This document shows, piece by piece, positions 14,186-28,572 of a DNA stretch of 64,000 bases; positions within the stretch are counted from its first letter, which is position 1, and each line of letters opens with the position of its first letter. The DNA comes from the human T2T-CHM13v2.0 reference genome, Homo sapiens, in the NCBI RefSeq assembly GCF_009914755.1, contig NC_060935.1; one strand, given 5' to 3'. The notes under the pieces were generated by a model. The model had not been told where the DNA came from, searched no databases, and was given only the letters and a program-made list of their open reading frames with translations. The position numbers and the translations under genes are program-made.

Positions 14186-15309
14186 TACACATGCATATAT
14201 ACATACAACTATACATGTAATAGCTTAATCTTGCATCATTGTCAATAAAAAATACTTCTGACTATACTAAGGAGAAAATGAGCAGAATATTGTTATAATA
14301 AAAAATGATAGGACTAACACAAAGACACTTTAAAAGGTTTACTGTGGGACATACAATAAAGAAGCCCAGTACATTTCATGAAGGAACATACCTAATATCA
14401 TAAATATTTCAATTCTACCTTCTAGTTAATTTATAAATGTGGTACAATTATAATAACAAAATGGATTTTCTTTTAGAAAATAACAGAGATTCTAAAATTA
14501 TGTGTGTATATACATATACACATACACATATATGCGGGGGGTATATATACACAGATATTTATTTAGAAAAATATAATGAATGATCTTGACTATAATTTTT
14601 TGAAAAAACAGAATATTAGGTGAGAAAATACACTGCCACTTAGTAAGTCATTTTCAATCTATAATAATCTTTAAACTGTGATGGAAGAGTTGGGAAAGAG
14701 TCGCTCTGTTAATGGCACAATACAGAAATCAGAGAAGCAAACCAGGTTTGTAGGAGTATTTCAAATAATTTTATTATTGCTTTGTGAGTTCCTACTCATA
14801 ATCATACCTCAACAGAATGATACTGACCTCTATTTTAGACCAGGCCCTTCTGTTACACATTCTCCTAGTACAACACAATTTTTTTTTCATAATTGATTAT
14901 AGTTTGGGAAAATTTATTTCACTGTGCATTAATATCCCTTCCCCATCAAAATATGTGACATATGAGCATGGGTCTTCTCTGTATTTACTTGCCGTTGTGT
15001 CTCAAGCATATAATATAGTGTTTGACACATAGTAGGTACTCACTATTTTAAATAAACAGAAAAAGATGTCTTAAACACCAAATGAGGCTCTGATCATCAA
15101 CCAATTTTATGGAGAATAAATAAAGTTAAAATGTGGAATCCTTGATTTATTCCCCATAGTAAAATAAATTATTGATTAATGAGTTATTTATAGTTATTAT
15201 AAAAATAATTATGACTAATTAAAGAGTTAATTATACTTTTAAAAGACATAAAATTGCCCCAGATTAACATTGATACAATGTTAGCATGGAGAAACTCAAG
15301 CATAGCCAA

Positions 15310-15440
15310 GAGGAAGAAAAAGAGGAAGGAAGGAAGGAAGGAAGGAAGAAAGGAGGAAGGAAGGGAGGGAGGGAAAGATAGGAGGGAGAGAAGAAAGGAA
15401 AGAGGGGAAAGAGAGAGAAAGAAGAGTTAAAAGAGGGGAG
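15310..15440. repeat. (GGAA)n / purine-rich low-complexity tract
   Basis: GAAGGAAGGAAGG... polypurine run. Confidence 0.9.
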
Positions 15441-15946
15441 AGAACAAAGAACTTAATGGGTATATTTGCATTCATTTAAGCTTCTCTATTTTGAAACTCA
15501 ACAACAAAAATTTATGCACAGGAAACAGTGAGGAGAAGATTTCAGTAAATGAAAACATATTCCGATATTTTAAAATAACATAGTATTATAAAGCAGTAAA
15601 TAAATCTGAAAAACAATGTGAAAATACATAGAAATCATGAACAATCTCAAATAGAAAAAAGTGAATAAAAAACATGAAATCAATTTCTATTAATGATCAA
15701 ACATATACACATAAAAGAAGAAACAGCATTTTTAAGTAATCAACTTGGCAAATTTATAATGCTTAATAACAGTGCAGGAAAAATTGGGCATTCTTACAGC
15801 AGTTCTGTGAGTGAAATTGTCAAAGCTTTCTAAGAGATTCTTTCATTTGAGCAATTTCATAGTGAGTCCCTAGTTTGTGTCAGACACTACGGAAAACAGT
15901 GAAAAGGAGACCAAAATGTTTGCAGACACAGTAAATATCAAAAAGA

Positions 15947-16283
<337 letters not shown>

Positions 16284-17482
16284 TTATATAGTGATAAATG
16301 TTATGAGAAAAAAGGTATATGGGAAGGAATACAGTGGTAGTACTATTATAATGAATCCTTATACAGCAGGATTCTAGATCTTCACACAGTTTAACCCAGT
16401 CTTCAAAGCAGCACTTGAGGCATTTACTATTACTGTTACTCTTTTAAAGATGATGAAAATAAGACACAGAGATGTTATGTGACCAAGTTCTTATAGAAGG
16501 TAATGGCAGAGCCAGATTTACAGCCAGATAGTCCACCTCCAGGGCTCTCACACTTTATAACCATGGAAGTGTCAGTAAGTGAGAGAAAGCATAGCAATAT
16601 CTGAGAAAGACTTATTCCAGGAAGGGAAAGCAAGTACAAATACTCACGGCTGCCCTGGCCCTGGAGTGTTTGAGGTCAGAGTGGATAGAAGAATGGTGAT
16701 TTCAAGGTAGCACTAAGAGATCAAGAATCAGAAAGTTAACAGGGGCCAGATCATGCCGGATTTTACGGGCTGTCATAAGGACTTTGAATTTTTGGGTGAA
16801 ACAGGGCAACCATTGCAGAATTTCTGTGCGGAGGCAATTCTTTTTAAAAGGATTATTATGGCTACAGTGTTAAAACAAAAACAAAAAAACAAAAAAAACA
16901 AAAACAGTCGACTGTAGGCGGAAAGCATAGAAACTACAAACCTACTTGGAAAAATATTTGTATTACAAAAAAATGGTAAGCAAGACCACAGAATATGAGT
17001 GCAGTTGGTAAATGTAGTTGTACGCTGGAGCCAGAATTCCTACCAGAGTGAATGTGAGATAGGAGTAACACGAGTCAAGCCTTACTCTAAGGATTTTGCC
17101 TGATGCAACCATGAAGTGTCCATGCACTGAGCTAGGAAAAGTTAAAAAGAAGCCGATTTGAGGTGGTTTACCAAGAGTTCAGTTTGGACAATAAATTTGA
17201 GATGTTTAATATGCTTCCAAGTAAAGGTGTCAAATAGGATGTTGAATATAGGAGTCTAGAATTCAGAGGAGTGTGCTGAGATGAGGAGGTAATTGGGAAA
17301 TTTTACATGCACACACACACACATACACAGTCCTCACTTAATTTCAATGATAGGTTCTTGGAAACTGTGACTTGACACAAAACAAAGTATAATGAGATCA
17401 ATTTTATCAGAAGCTAATTGAAGTAAACAAGAGTTAACTTCCTACGGCATATTTCTGGTAACAAAAACATCACCAAATTTCT

Positions 17483-18258
17483 TTTTTTTCTTCTTTTTCA
17501 AACTCATGTAAATTTGAGGACTGGCTTTTTCATTGCTGGAAAAAAATGGATCTAGGTAGAGATTGCATTGAATCTGTAGATCATTTTTATTGCCATCTTA
17601 ATAACACTGTCTTCCAATCCATGAACATGGGAGGACTTTCCATTTATTTAGGCCTTTATTATCTTTCAGCCATGTTTTATAATTTTCATTTCACAAATCT
17701 TTGATTTTCTTGGTTAAACATATTCCTAGGCATTTTATTCTTTTGGATATATTATAAATTGATTTTTTTAACTTTTATTTTAGGTTCAGGTGTACATGTG
17801 AAGGTTTGTTATATAAGTGAACTTGTGTCATGAGGGTTTGTTGTACAGATTAATTCATCTGTACGCAGGTATTAAGTCCAGTATCCAGTGGTTGTCTTTT
17901 CTGCTCCTCTCTCCCCTCTCACCCTCTGCCCTCAAGTGGACCCCAGTGTCTGTTGTACCCTTCTTTGTGTCCATGAGTTCTCATCATTTAGCTTCCACTT
18001 GTAAGTGAGAACATAGGGCATTTGGTTTTCGATTCCTGTGTTAGTTTGCTAAGGGTAATAGTCTCCAGCTCCATCTACAGTCTCACAAAAGACATGATCT
18101 CATTCTTTTTTATGGCTGCAGAGTTTTCCATGGTGTATATGTACCACATTGTCTTTATTCAATCTGTCATTGATAGGCATTTAGGTTGATTACATATCTT
18201 TGCTATTGTGAATAGCGCTGCAATGAGCATTCACATGCATATGTCTTTATGGTAGAAT
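17483..18258 (-). mobile_element. L1 3' end (17761-18258) plus ~270 bp extra downstream segment inside one TSD
   Basis: AATTTCT at 17476-17482 and 18259-18265; poly-T at 17482-17498; the L1's own AATAAA near 17773. Confidence 0.75.
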
Positions 18259-18311
18259 AATTTCTAAAATAAATACCAATACACTTCTAATTATCTCACA
18301 AAATAAATGTG

Positions 18312-18323
18312 AGATAGATAGAT

Positions 18324-18370
<47 letters not shown>
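18312..18370. repeat. (GATA)n tetranucleotide microsatellite
   Basis: About 14 GATA units with one GAT interruption. Confidence 0.95.
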
Positions 18371-18745
18371 TTAAGAAACATTAATAAAAGCAAGTAAGAT
18401 AATTATTTACCTGCTTATTCCAGTTCAGGGTGGCAGGTAGCCAGACCCTATCTAGCAGCTCAGGACACTAGACAGGCACTGATCCTGGACAGGATGCCAT
18501 TCCATGGCAGGGCACACTCACACACCCACACTCAGTCTGAGACCATGTAGATGTGCCAATTCGTCTAACGTGCACATCTCTGGGATGTGGGAACACACAG
18601 GTTAGCCAGAGAAAACTCACACAGACATGAGGGGAACACGCAAACTTCACACAGACAGTGGCTCTGGCCAAAGATTGATGTTTAATTTTTAGTCAACTTT
18701 ATAATAAAATGATGCTGAACAAAAGATTGTTATTCTAGGACCTGT

Positions 18746-18748
<3 letters not shown>

Positions 18749-18776
<28 letters not shown>
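18749..18776. repeat. (TG)n microsatellite
   Basis: About 14 TG units. Confidence 0.95.
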
Positions 18777-18777
<1 letters not shown>

Positions 18778-21099
18778 GTGTGTATAAAAACTGAATGAAA
18801 TTATCAAGGAAAGGAAGATGTGCAGCTATAAAAAGACAAAATGGCAGAGAAGTGACTGGATCTGTGTCTCTCCAATATTAACAAGAGAAGGCAATGAAGA
18901 AGGAACAGCAATAAAACCGAGAAGGTACATCCAGAGAAGTAGGAGAAAATCAGGAGAGTGTAGGAATCCACATAAGGAAAGATAATCAAAGAGTGACTAG
19001 CTCTGGCAAATACTGCTGACAGGATAAACAGCATGTGATGGAGACTTGACAATCGTTTTATGCAACATAGAGGTCGTGTATGGCCTTGGTAAGATTTTCA
19101 GTGGAGTGGTGGAGGAGGCGGGTGTAAAAGGCTATGGAAGCTATTTTAAAAAAAATGAAAGGAGACAAACTGGAAGCAACATGTAAAGACACAACACTCT
19201 AAGGAGTATTATCAGAAAAAGTTAATTTAGCAATAAGTAAAAAGTTTTACAGTAGCCATATTGTCTTGTTCAACACATATTTTTTAGTATTTTGTTCTAA
19301 AAATGTTGGATTATTTCTAACAAGTTAAGAATAAAATATTTTATAATAGCTTATTATTTTACTAATTAGAGAAAAATCACAAAATGCCAAAATATGTTGT
19401 GCCGCAGTAGATTTATTTAGTTTTTAATTAAATCCATGTTCTGAATTATAATACTGCATTATTATGACCTACGTATTCTGATAGTGTTAGAATGGATTTA
19501 GCAACTCATTCTGACATGTTAATTGTACTCCAAAAAAAGCCATGCTAAAAGTGTGTGTTATAGTAACAGACAATCCCTTTTCTATCCTGACCTGATTAAC
19601 CTTGTTATTCACTCTATTATTGCTATCATCTCACCAACAAGCTCATGATTCAGATCCAGGTATGATTAGTACTTAAAATTTGCCAGCATTCCAAGGGTGG
19701 CACCTTAGCTAAGCAGGAAGAAGGTAGCTCTTGGAATCTTACTGTCTTGATGTCAAAGCTCATTTGTACCATGCACTGGTTAAGTTAAATTAGATAATAT
19801 TCTGACTTCTCTCAAATGGACTCCTCAAAACCAGTTCTGAATGGTGGGCAAAAGAGGCAAAGCTGCTTTAACATTATGAACTCCTGGGTGAATGGTGCTC
19901 ATAAAACTCAGAAACTCAAAGCTGGCTCTGTCCCGGAAAACATTTCATTCTACAATGTAGGAAGCACATGGTACATCTGAGTCCCCTCCTAACACGTTTG
20001 CATATTATATGACTGAAATTAATCGGTCATATAAAAACAGAAACTTTCACATTAGATGTACTGGACTTCAAGCCTTAATTATATTACTTAATAGTTCTGA
20101 ACATTACGGAAATTACTGAACTCTGAAACATTGTAAAGAAGGTGGATAACATATAAAACTCATGAGAAGCAGTGCCTATGAGGCAGATAATATCCCCTAA
20201 AGTTACTGTATATGGTAAAACTTTGTATATTATATATGCATATATATTATTCTATGAACAATACATCCACACTGACTCTGTATACATATGACAGGCTGGT
20301 GTGTGCATGTGTGTTTGTGTGTATATGTATGTGACTGTGTTAACTTGGCCTAGAGTTGTGTTTTCAGAACATTTTTTCCACATTCTTTTTTCCTACATTG
20401 ACAAATCACATGGACTATTGTGTGCTAAGCATATTTATCTTAAATTAAATCACATTTATTTAAATAAATCCGAAACTAAATTTTATATAGCCACTGCAAG
20501 TGATAATTCTGTGCCAATTGTCACAAATAGAAAGCAACAAATATTATATATTTTCAAATATTGAAAATACCAAAATGTCTGTGTGCTATACATAACAATC
20601 TCATATGATATTTTAGTAAATATTGGCAAAAATTGCTGTATTAGGAATTAATGAGAAGTCTTTGAAAATCACATTAGCTTAAGTTAGTTCAAGTTATCTT
20701 AAAACAGGTTTTATGGTTAAATTTAGATACTAATGTGAAGACATTAATATTATTGTATTAAATTATGTATTTTTTAAAAGCATTTTTATATCTGCCTTAC
20801 CCAATCTGAACATTATCATAAAAGCAGAAAGGAGGTGTTCTAAATGAATTACTGTCAAGGTACAAATTCTGGACAAAAGGAATGAGCTATAATTATGACA
20901 TTCAGGCTCGAAAGTTTATTTTGCAGAGGTAGTGTAAAAAGCAGAAAATAAATTTTGAAGCCAGAGTGAGAACACACTTATAATGACAAAATAACGATTT
21001 TTCTAATCATAGGCAATAAGGGTTGAACCTGAATTTGGCAATGTGGGTAGGATTTAAAGGCTATTGAATCGTTGAAAAGAGATTCTACTGCCCTTCTAC

Positions 21100-22041
21100 T
21101 GAAGCAGGATACTTCCCTGACGCCTTCACAGGACTCGCCATAGGGGTGCCTCATTTACTCAGCCTGCCACTCTCAACTCCTTGTTGGAGGAGTGCAGGAG
21201 TGAGCGAGGCAGGAACTGGAGTGCAGGAGCACTGGGACCAGCTGGCTTTTTCAGTGCTGGTGAGATCAAACTCCCTTTACTTGGTCCCCAATGAATTCCA
21301 CTCTTCATGGGAGAGAGTGCACAGGTGAACACATGCAGGAGCTGGAGAAACAATTTTGGGCACCAGCAGGAGTGAACTCTGTGCAGGCTACACGGCAGCA
21401 TTCAGGCTGGGTGCCTGTGACACCTGAAGCCCCAGAGGGTGTGTTACAGTGCTCTTTTAGCTTGTCTTCCATGGATAGCTTAAGTGTTAACAGCTCATTG
21501 GGCCTGTGGCTTCCCTCCACCAGGGAGGGCAAAGGCGAGTGTGACAGCCCTTTGTATCCATAATCATGGCTCCTGAGTTCTTGTCCAGCGTCCAGGAAAT
21601 ATGAGGTCACACAAGTGAATTGAAGGATGGTAAATGCAGATGATTTTATTGCCAGTGGAGGTGTCTCTCAGTGGGAAGGGGAGCTGAGAAGAGGATGGGG
21701 AGGGTAGGTAATCTTCCTCTGAAGTCCAGCCCACTCCAGCTGGATTCTTCTCCAAAGTTACACCATCAAGCTGAAGTCAAGCCACTTCTCTCTGATGTCC
21801 AGCTATAGTCCCCAACATCCAGCTGCTTATCCACTCTGCCGGCTGAGTCTGGGGTCTTTATAGGCACAGGACGGGGCAGGGCTGGGCCATGGATAGTTTA
21901 GGAAAAGCAAACGTTCCATCAGGAATACAAGGATGGAAGTTCTCACTTTGGGCCATGGTCTCAAGCTTTTCAGCTTGAGGTGGGAATTCACTAGGGACCT
22001 GCCCCATCTGTCTAGAATTTTGCTGCCCTCTGTCCCCATCA
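21100..22041 (-). mobile_element. Complete ERV1 solo LTR (LTR28/LTR1/MER52 group)
   Basis: TG...CA ends; exact 4-bp TSD CTAC (21096-21099, 22042-22045); CCTATAAAG TATA box and AATAAA on minus strand. Confidence 0.85.
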
Positions 22042-22214
22042 CTACTAGGTAGCATCCTAAATTGAGTTGAGGTATAGAAAAACCACAGTCCAAGAGTTGG
22101 ATCAGTTTGAAGAGATCCCAGAGGAGAAGGAAAAAACAGCCCACCCTCCTAGGCTTTAGAGAAGGAGACTAATAAAGGCTGATATGAATGACAGTTCTAA
22201 ACTGAAGAGTGAAG

Positions 22215-22720
22215 TATTAGTTTCTTCAGCTGCCATAACATAGTACCACACACTGAATGACTTAAGACAACAACAATGTGTTTTTGCACAGGTCTGGAGG
22301 CTAGAAACCCCAAATCAAGGTTTCTGCAAGGCCATCCTCCTTTCTGAACTCTAGAGGAGAATCGTTTGTTTCTTCTTTTAGTTTCTAGTAATCCCAGGCA
22401 TTCCTTGGCTTGTGGTAGCATAGTAACAATCTCTGCCTCCATTTTCACATGGCTGTGTGCTATGGTTTCAATGTTGACTCCAAATCTCATGTTGAAATTT
22501 AATTGCTATTTTGATGGTATTAAGAGGTATGACCATAAAGAAGTGATTCTGTCAGGAAAGCAAAAAGAGTCAAAGTCTGTAAAATATTTGAAGCAATGTA
22601 TTCTGAGCTAAATATGAGTGACCATGGCCCATGACACAGCCCTCAGGCTGTCCTGAGAACATGTGCTCAAGGTGATCAAGGTACAGCATGGTTTTATACA
22701 ATTTAGGAAAACATGAGACT
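22215..22720. mobile_element. Nested MaLR (MLT1/MST) and MER4-type LTR fragments, shared by both arms (mirror ~55560-56070)
   Basis: GCTGCCATAACATAGTACCAC, CCAAATCTCATGTTGAAATT and GAGTCAAAGTCTGTAAAATATTTGAAG motifs. Confidence 0.7.
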
Positions 22721-23641
22721 TCAATTAATTTATTAATATCATTTAATTTTAGTGACATATAATTTAATCACCCATTTCTAAAAAAATCATAGATAAAATC
22801 CTACAAACATCAAATAAAAAACCTTATAAATATATATACCTACTATATACCCATAAAATTACAAAATAAAATTAAGAAATTAAAAAATACAAATTGCCCT
22901 GGACTCTGAGACAGATGCATGCATCTTGGAGTATGTGCTAGAGGCATGGGATGAGTTTGGTGGATCAGTGTGGTCTGTGTATATTTCTGGGTGTGTGAGG
23001 TATGAGTCCCAATGTGAGCAAGTAGGACAGGAAATATTATGCACCTTACTGTATTTTCTATACTACCTAGCAAAATACTTAATACTATATAATCATCAAA
23101 AATGCAATAACGACTAAGACACTGTGTTCGGTTTCAACCTATTCATAGTCTAGCCTTATGAAACATGCACTTAAAATGAACTGTAATAAAATGTGGTAGC
23201 TACGACATGAGCAATCTGAGCTAAGGGCTGTCAAAATGCAGGAGTAGAGGTTATTAATTTTACATGGGAGCCTCCAGGAAGTGTTTAAGAGAAGACAACA
23301 TTTGCATAACTCAAGTAAGCAACTCTTGAGTTAAGTTACCTTCTTTCTATCTTGGGGAGGACTTTAATTAGGACTAGAATAAGAAAAGCTTACTTTCTTG
23401 CTATATGGAATGAGTCTTATCTGGATTTCTCTATGTTAGATAGCTGGCTCTCACAGCTTATCACAGTAACTGATAACCACACTTACAACATAAAACCCAG
23501 AAAAATCACATGAGGCTATTTAGCGATTTGTAGACTGACCTTGAAAATTAACCCTAACACAATATTTGTACAGATAAAAATTAGTTAATTTGCAACTGAA
23601 AAACAGTCTGTGTTTGGAGAATCGTAGGTAATGTGAGGCCC

Positions 23642-23948
23642 GTCCAGGTTCAGTGGCTCATGCCTGTAATCCCAGCACTTTGGGAGGCCAAGGCGAGCGG
23701 ATCAGGAGGTCAGGAGATCGAAACCATCCTGGCCAAAATGGTGAAACCCCGTCTGTACTAAAAATACAAAAAAAAAAAAAAATTGCTGGGTGTGGTGGCA
23801 CGCATCTATAATCCCAGCTACTCAGGAGGCTGAGACAGGAGAATAGCTTGATCCAGAAGGCGGAGATTGCAGTGAGCCAAGATCCCATCACTGCACTCCA
23901 GCCTGGAATAGCAAGACTCCATCTCAAAATAAATAAATAAATAAATAA
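23642..23948 (+). mobile_element. AluSc-like, left arm only
   Basis: Dimeric Alu with (TAAA)n tail; empty site near 54640. Confidence 0.9.
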
Positions 23949-25274
23949 AATGTGACCTCTGTGGATAGTAAACTCCTGGCAATAGATAGCACAATTATTC
24001 TCTCATGCCAGTGATTATTCTCTCTAGATGCACTCAGACCTCTAACTTTCACAGTCTTAACCAAAGTTCTTCAGTGTTAAACTACAACTTCATTTTGTGC
24101 CTGAAACATCTCAACATTATTCTGAGAAGTACTTAGGAAGATTTAGCTATATACCTCTTCTGTGTATCTGGTCATTGATTGAAAACTTGATCACTTTAAC
24201 AATTTTCTTCAGTTAACAAATATTTTGTCAGCACCTACCATGTGCTAAATACTGTTATAAGTACTGGGGCTGGGCTGGGGCAATTCAGTCAATGGCCCTT
24301 TAATTAAAATTGTATTACCATGGAGAAGGAATAATGGATGTGAGGAGAAACCAGCAATTTTCTCCACAGCTTAATGAATGAGAATCAACATTTTTTGTGT
24401 GTTGGGGGGGGAATGTAAACATGGCTGGTGTTAATGGAGTGCAGTGGGGAGGCCAAAAGAGGGGACAAGTTTGAGCTGTGGGAGTAAATTATCAGGCACC
24501 CAAGTAAAGTGATCAATTGCATATGACACCAAAACAATCCACAATTTTTGGCTATACAAAACACAGATTTGTGTTCCCTTAAGTCCATAAAGACTATGAT
24601 ACAATGCATCATGTACACCACTTATGAAATGAAAAGGAGAGTGTTTTAGGATTAGGAAATAAGAAATTTGGTCCCTTGCCTTGTAATGGTTATCTGTCGG
24701 ACAAAAGGATGAGATGGTTAATGGTACACATTCTGGAATCAGGAATCTAGTTCCTGATTCATTGAAAGTGTGACATTGATCAAGTCACTGAACCTCTGAA
24801 AGACTCAGTTTTTTGTCTATAAGATGAGAGTGAGAGTAATTGCCTCAGGGTTGAGTTACAATAATTAAATTAGCACAAATATTTGAAGTATGCTACTTCA
24901 AAAATGCATTATTGTTGCTATTATTATTACTACTACTTGGAGTAGTATTTTTATTATTTATAAAATGAGGAAATTGAAGAAAACAGATTTTGTTTTCTGC
25001 TTTGATTTGCTATAATTTTAATTATAGGAAATAACGCTTGACTCATCTTCCCTGGAAAACCCAAGTGGCAGAGAATGTGAAGTATAGAGCATGAAATTGA
25101 TATGTACAGTTTGAGTAACAGTATAAACAGGTTTAGTATGATAAAAATCCCCTCCCAAATTTTATTTAACTCTAGTACCCATTCAAAAAAACTGGAGTTG
25201 GGGGAATATAGTATTGTAGAAAAGTCAAAAAAAAAAAAAACAACAAAAACCACAAACTCAACAGTTGGCTTTTT

Positions 25275-25330
25275 CTCTAGAGATGTACTTCCCACAGGGT
25301 CATTTTTAAGGAAAAAATTCTTAATTGCTT
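25275..25330 (+). promoter_or_regulatory. Paralogous OR5M4P promoter motifs (O/E site with altered spacing)
   Basis: TCTCTAGAGA, TTCCCACAGGGT (25289-25300), TAATTG (25322-25327). Confidence 0.4.
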
Positions 25331-25901
25331 TATGCTTTCTAAGGAAAACAAGGGAGGCTTCTCCTTTGCACTTCTCCCAGTTTCTCTTTTGTCAGGTTGA
25401 AAGTGTTTACCATTCTCATATATAGCATGAACTTTACAACTCTGCACCTTTATTGGAGAGACTTCTCTTCATTCTCAGGTTGGTGAAAAATGCATCTATC
25501 TAGAATTGTTAGATGGAGCTTGCATTGTAGATTTTATTTTCCTCTACGATTTATACGAATACATTCACAGTTTTATCTATTATGTTATGTGTGTAGGGTG
25601 TGAGAGAGATACATAAAAGAGATTTTTTCAATAAAATTATATTATTTGATAATTACAAATGATTAATGGAGCACATCTGATAATTATTTTTTAATCTATT
25701 ATGTGTTAATATGTAATGCCTCTTTTCATAGTCAACATAGTCAAACACGCAATGAAATTGATACTATTAAGTCATATTGAGGAACAGGAAACTTAAAAAC
25801 AAAACAAAAAACTAGAATAAAACATGTTCAGTTTTATAAAATAAGTCATAGAGCCAGGATCCAACCAAGGTCTGACAATAGAAACAGAACTTTTTAACTA
25901 G

Positions 25902-26207
<306 letters not shown>

Positions 26208-28572
26208 TGACTGGGATACTTAATATTGCTTCATACCTGGTCTAAAAGAGAATCCATATTTATTGGTAATTGAATTTGAAATAGAGTAATTCAATAAGGG
26301 GAGGTTATGTGTGTATTTTTGATTTAGGTGGTGAGGAAATCCTCTAAATACTCCTGAGGTCCCCAATTCTCTATTTCTTTGTACACCTTGCAACCCCTAG
26401 GATCATATCTAACCCCTAGTTTCCTGTAATTTTACTATTGCTATTCATCACCTGGATAACCATCACTCAGGGCTATTTGTATTTAGTTTATGGGGAGTAC
26501 TAACAATGCCATCTTCTACATTCTTGTTTGTGCTGAATCATCCTTAGCACTACAGAATGAGATATGATTTTCCAAGTAAGAATCCCTCTATTGCCAGTCT
26601 TGAAAATTACATAAAGAAGAATATTTCAGGCAGCTGCAGGCATAAACTGTTGAATCAGAAATCTGGAATTATCTGTGGACATGTCTGTAATCTCTGTTCA
26701 GTCATGAATCTAAGGATCTTAGAGACTATTTTAACAAAACTATAAGAGATTTTGCAGCCTATACATAAATGTATTCTAAGGCGCTTTATATCATTTTTAG
26801 AACTTTAACAATTATTCATTCGTAAAAATTTACCCAATAATTAATGCCTCAAATTTTTATGAATTAAACCAAACCTCTAGAGCCATGTAGAATGTACTCT
26901 GTTTCAGTTAGTAATTTTCTCCTCTATCCATAGAAAAATGTTCTTTCCAAGTTTGGTGGTTGAAAACTTGGATTTTCACTGTGGATAAGTTTGCACTTAT
27001 TTTCACTATGCAATGAGATTTACCTTCCTGCCTGCTTTCTAAATTTTCTGGTAACTGCTAGCCAGTAATAATTATAGATAAATTTCGTCAACTTGTGGTT
27101 GAACATAGTTTAATACTGCAGATTACAAGAAGGGTCTTGGGAATAATCGTTTGCTCTAGAGATGATATAGCCATCAGAAGGTATGAAACAACCCCATCTC
27201 CAACAAATATATTGTCCTGCTGAAAGGCTGTCTCAAGATTCTTATTAGATTGATTTACACTTTTTGTTCTGCAGAATGTGAATGTTCATTGACAAAATAT
27301 CTAATTCATGGAATTTCTCTCATATATATATGAGAGAAATATATAAGCTATAAGTATGAGAATATACATATAGGTGTGTGTATATGTATATACACACATA
27401 TGTATAGACATATATATATAGACATGTGTGTGAGTGTGAGTGTGTGTGCATGTAAATTTGTAAGCTACATGAATGATGTGTAGAGTAAATAACTTTACTA
27501 GGGAGGCTGTGAATTACTAAGAGATTTGACAGAGCACAAAGATGTCCCATTTGATGGAGGAACACTTGTGGATTATTCTCTGTTATATCTATTAACATCA
27601 TGCAAAGCACTAATTATATTTCTAATATACTTAAAACATAATTTGAGAAATATTTTCTAAAAAATTTTTCAAATGTAATATATCCTATGTTTGAAAATAA
27701 ATTTCCAAAATATCAAAGAAACTTTCCAGTGAATTCCCAAAGAAGAATCAATCCCTTCCTAAATTTCTGTCCTTATTATAACTCTATAAGAATACATCCA
27801 AGTTTCAAAAAGTATTTATTTACATTAGTACCTTCATAAATGCTGACAGTAATCTGTATGTTTTACTTATTTTTGAATCTCTAGAACATAGAAGTACATG
27901 ATATCTAGTGGATGATAATTTCATGTTAGAATTGGGAGTCCATATCCAGGATATGTTTATATAGTGTGAACATGGGCAAATAATTCACCCTTTAACTTGA
28001 CTTTGATGGCTACTGTCATCTGCTTTTTGTTCTTCACTTGAAAAGAATGCAAATATGAGATTAGGTTAAAAATATTTTGATAACACTTTAGGCTGATGAA
28101 TTATTTCGTCATATGGCTTTTTTCTCTAATCATTGAGAATATGCTAATAATGAAAGAGATTAGGTTTAAAAAGCAGACTTGTTTAGTCCTATTACAAAAA
28201 GAAGTATAATCCCCCATAATTATCGTAAAAATATGAAACTCCAAACATGCCATTATTGGAAATGAGGGATATTTAGAAGTAATCTTAGAAATTTGACTAC
28301 TCACAATACTTACTACCAGTGTATTTCAGCCACTAAACTTTGTTTAACGGTTATATAATAGGGACTGTCTACATTTATTCATTGTGGAGCCTATTACATA
28401 ACAGTAGCTGAGAAAAGATTTGCTGAAAATAATAATGTCAAAGTGTGATCATAGATATTATATAAAAGGAGCACAGATAAAGGTGTAAATTAATAAATGA
28501 AAAATACTAATTTTTTATTTTATTTTAGTTATTATGAAGATTTGTAACTCATATTGACGTAGAATTGAGAAA

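Larger units (their letters stand above)
17328..18747 (-). mobile_element. MER6-family non-autonomous DNA transposon, interrupted by an L1 insertion
   Basis: Termini CAGTCCTCACTTAA and (minus) CAGGTCCTAGAATAAC; internal GTGTGAAGTTTGCGTGTTCCCCTCATGTCTG domain; the two halves rejoin across the L1 TSD. Confidence 0.75.

Noticed and set aside
22926-23117. Peptide MEYVLEAWDEFGG occurring twice (also 55191-55382), suggesting a conserved microprotein
   Set aside because: Explained by the inverted duplication; TTG start
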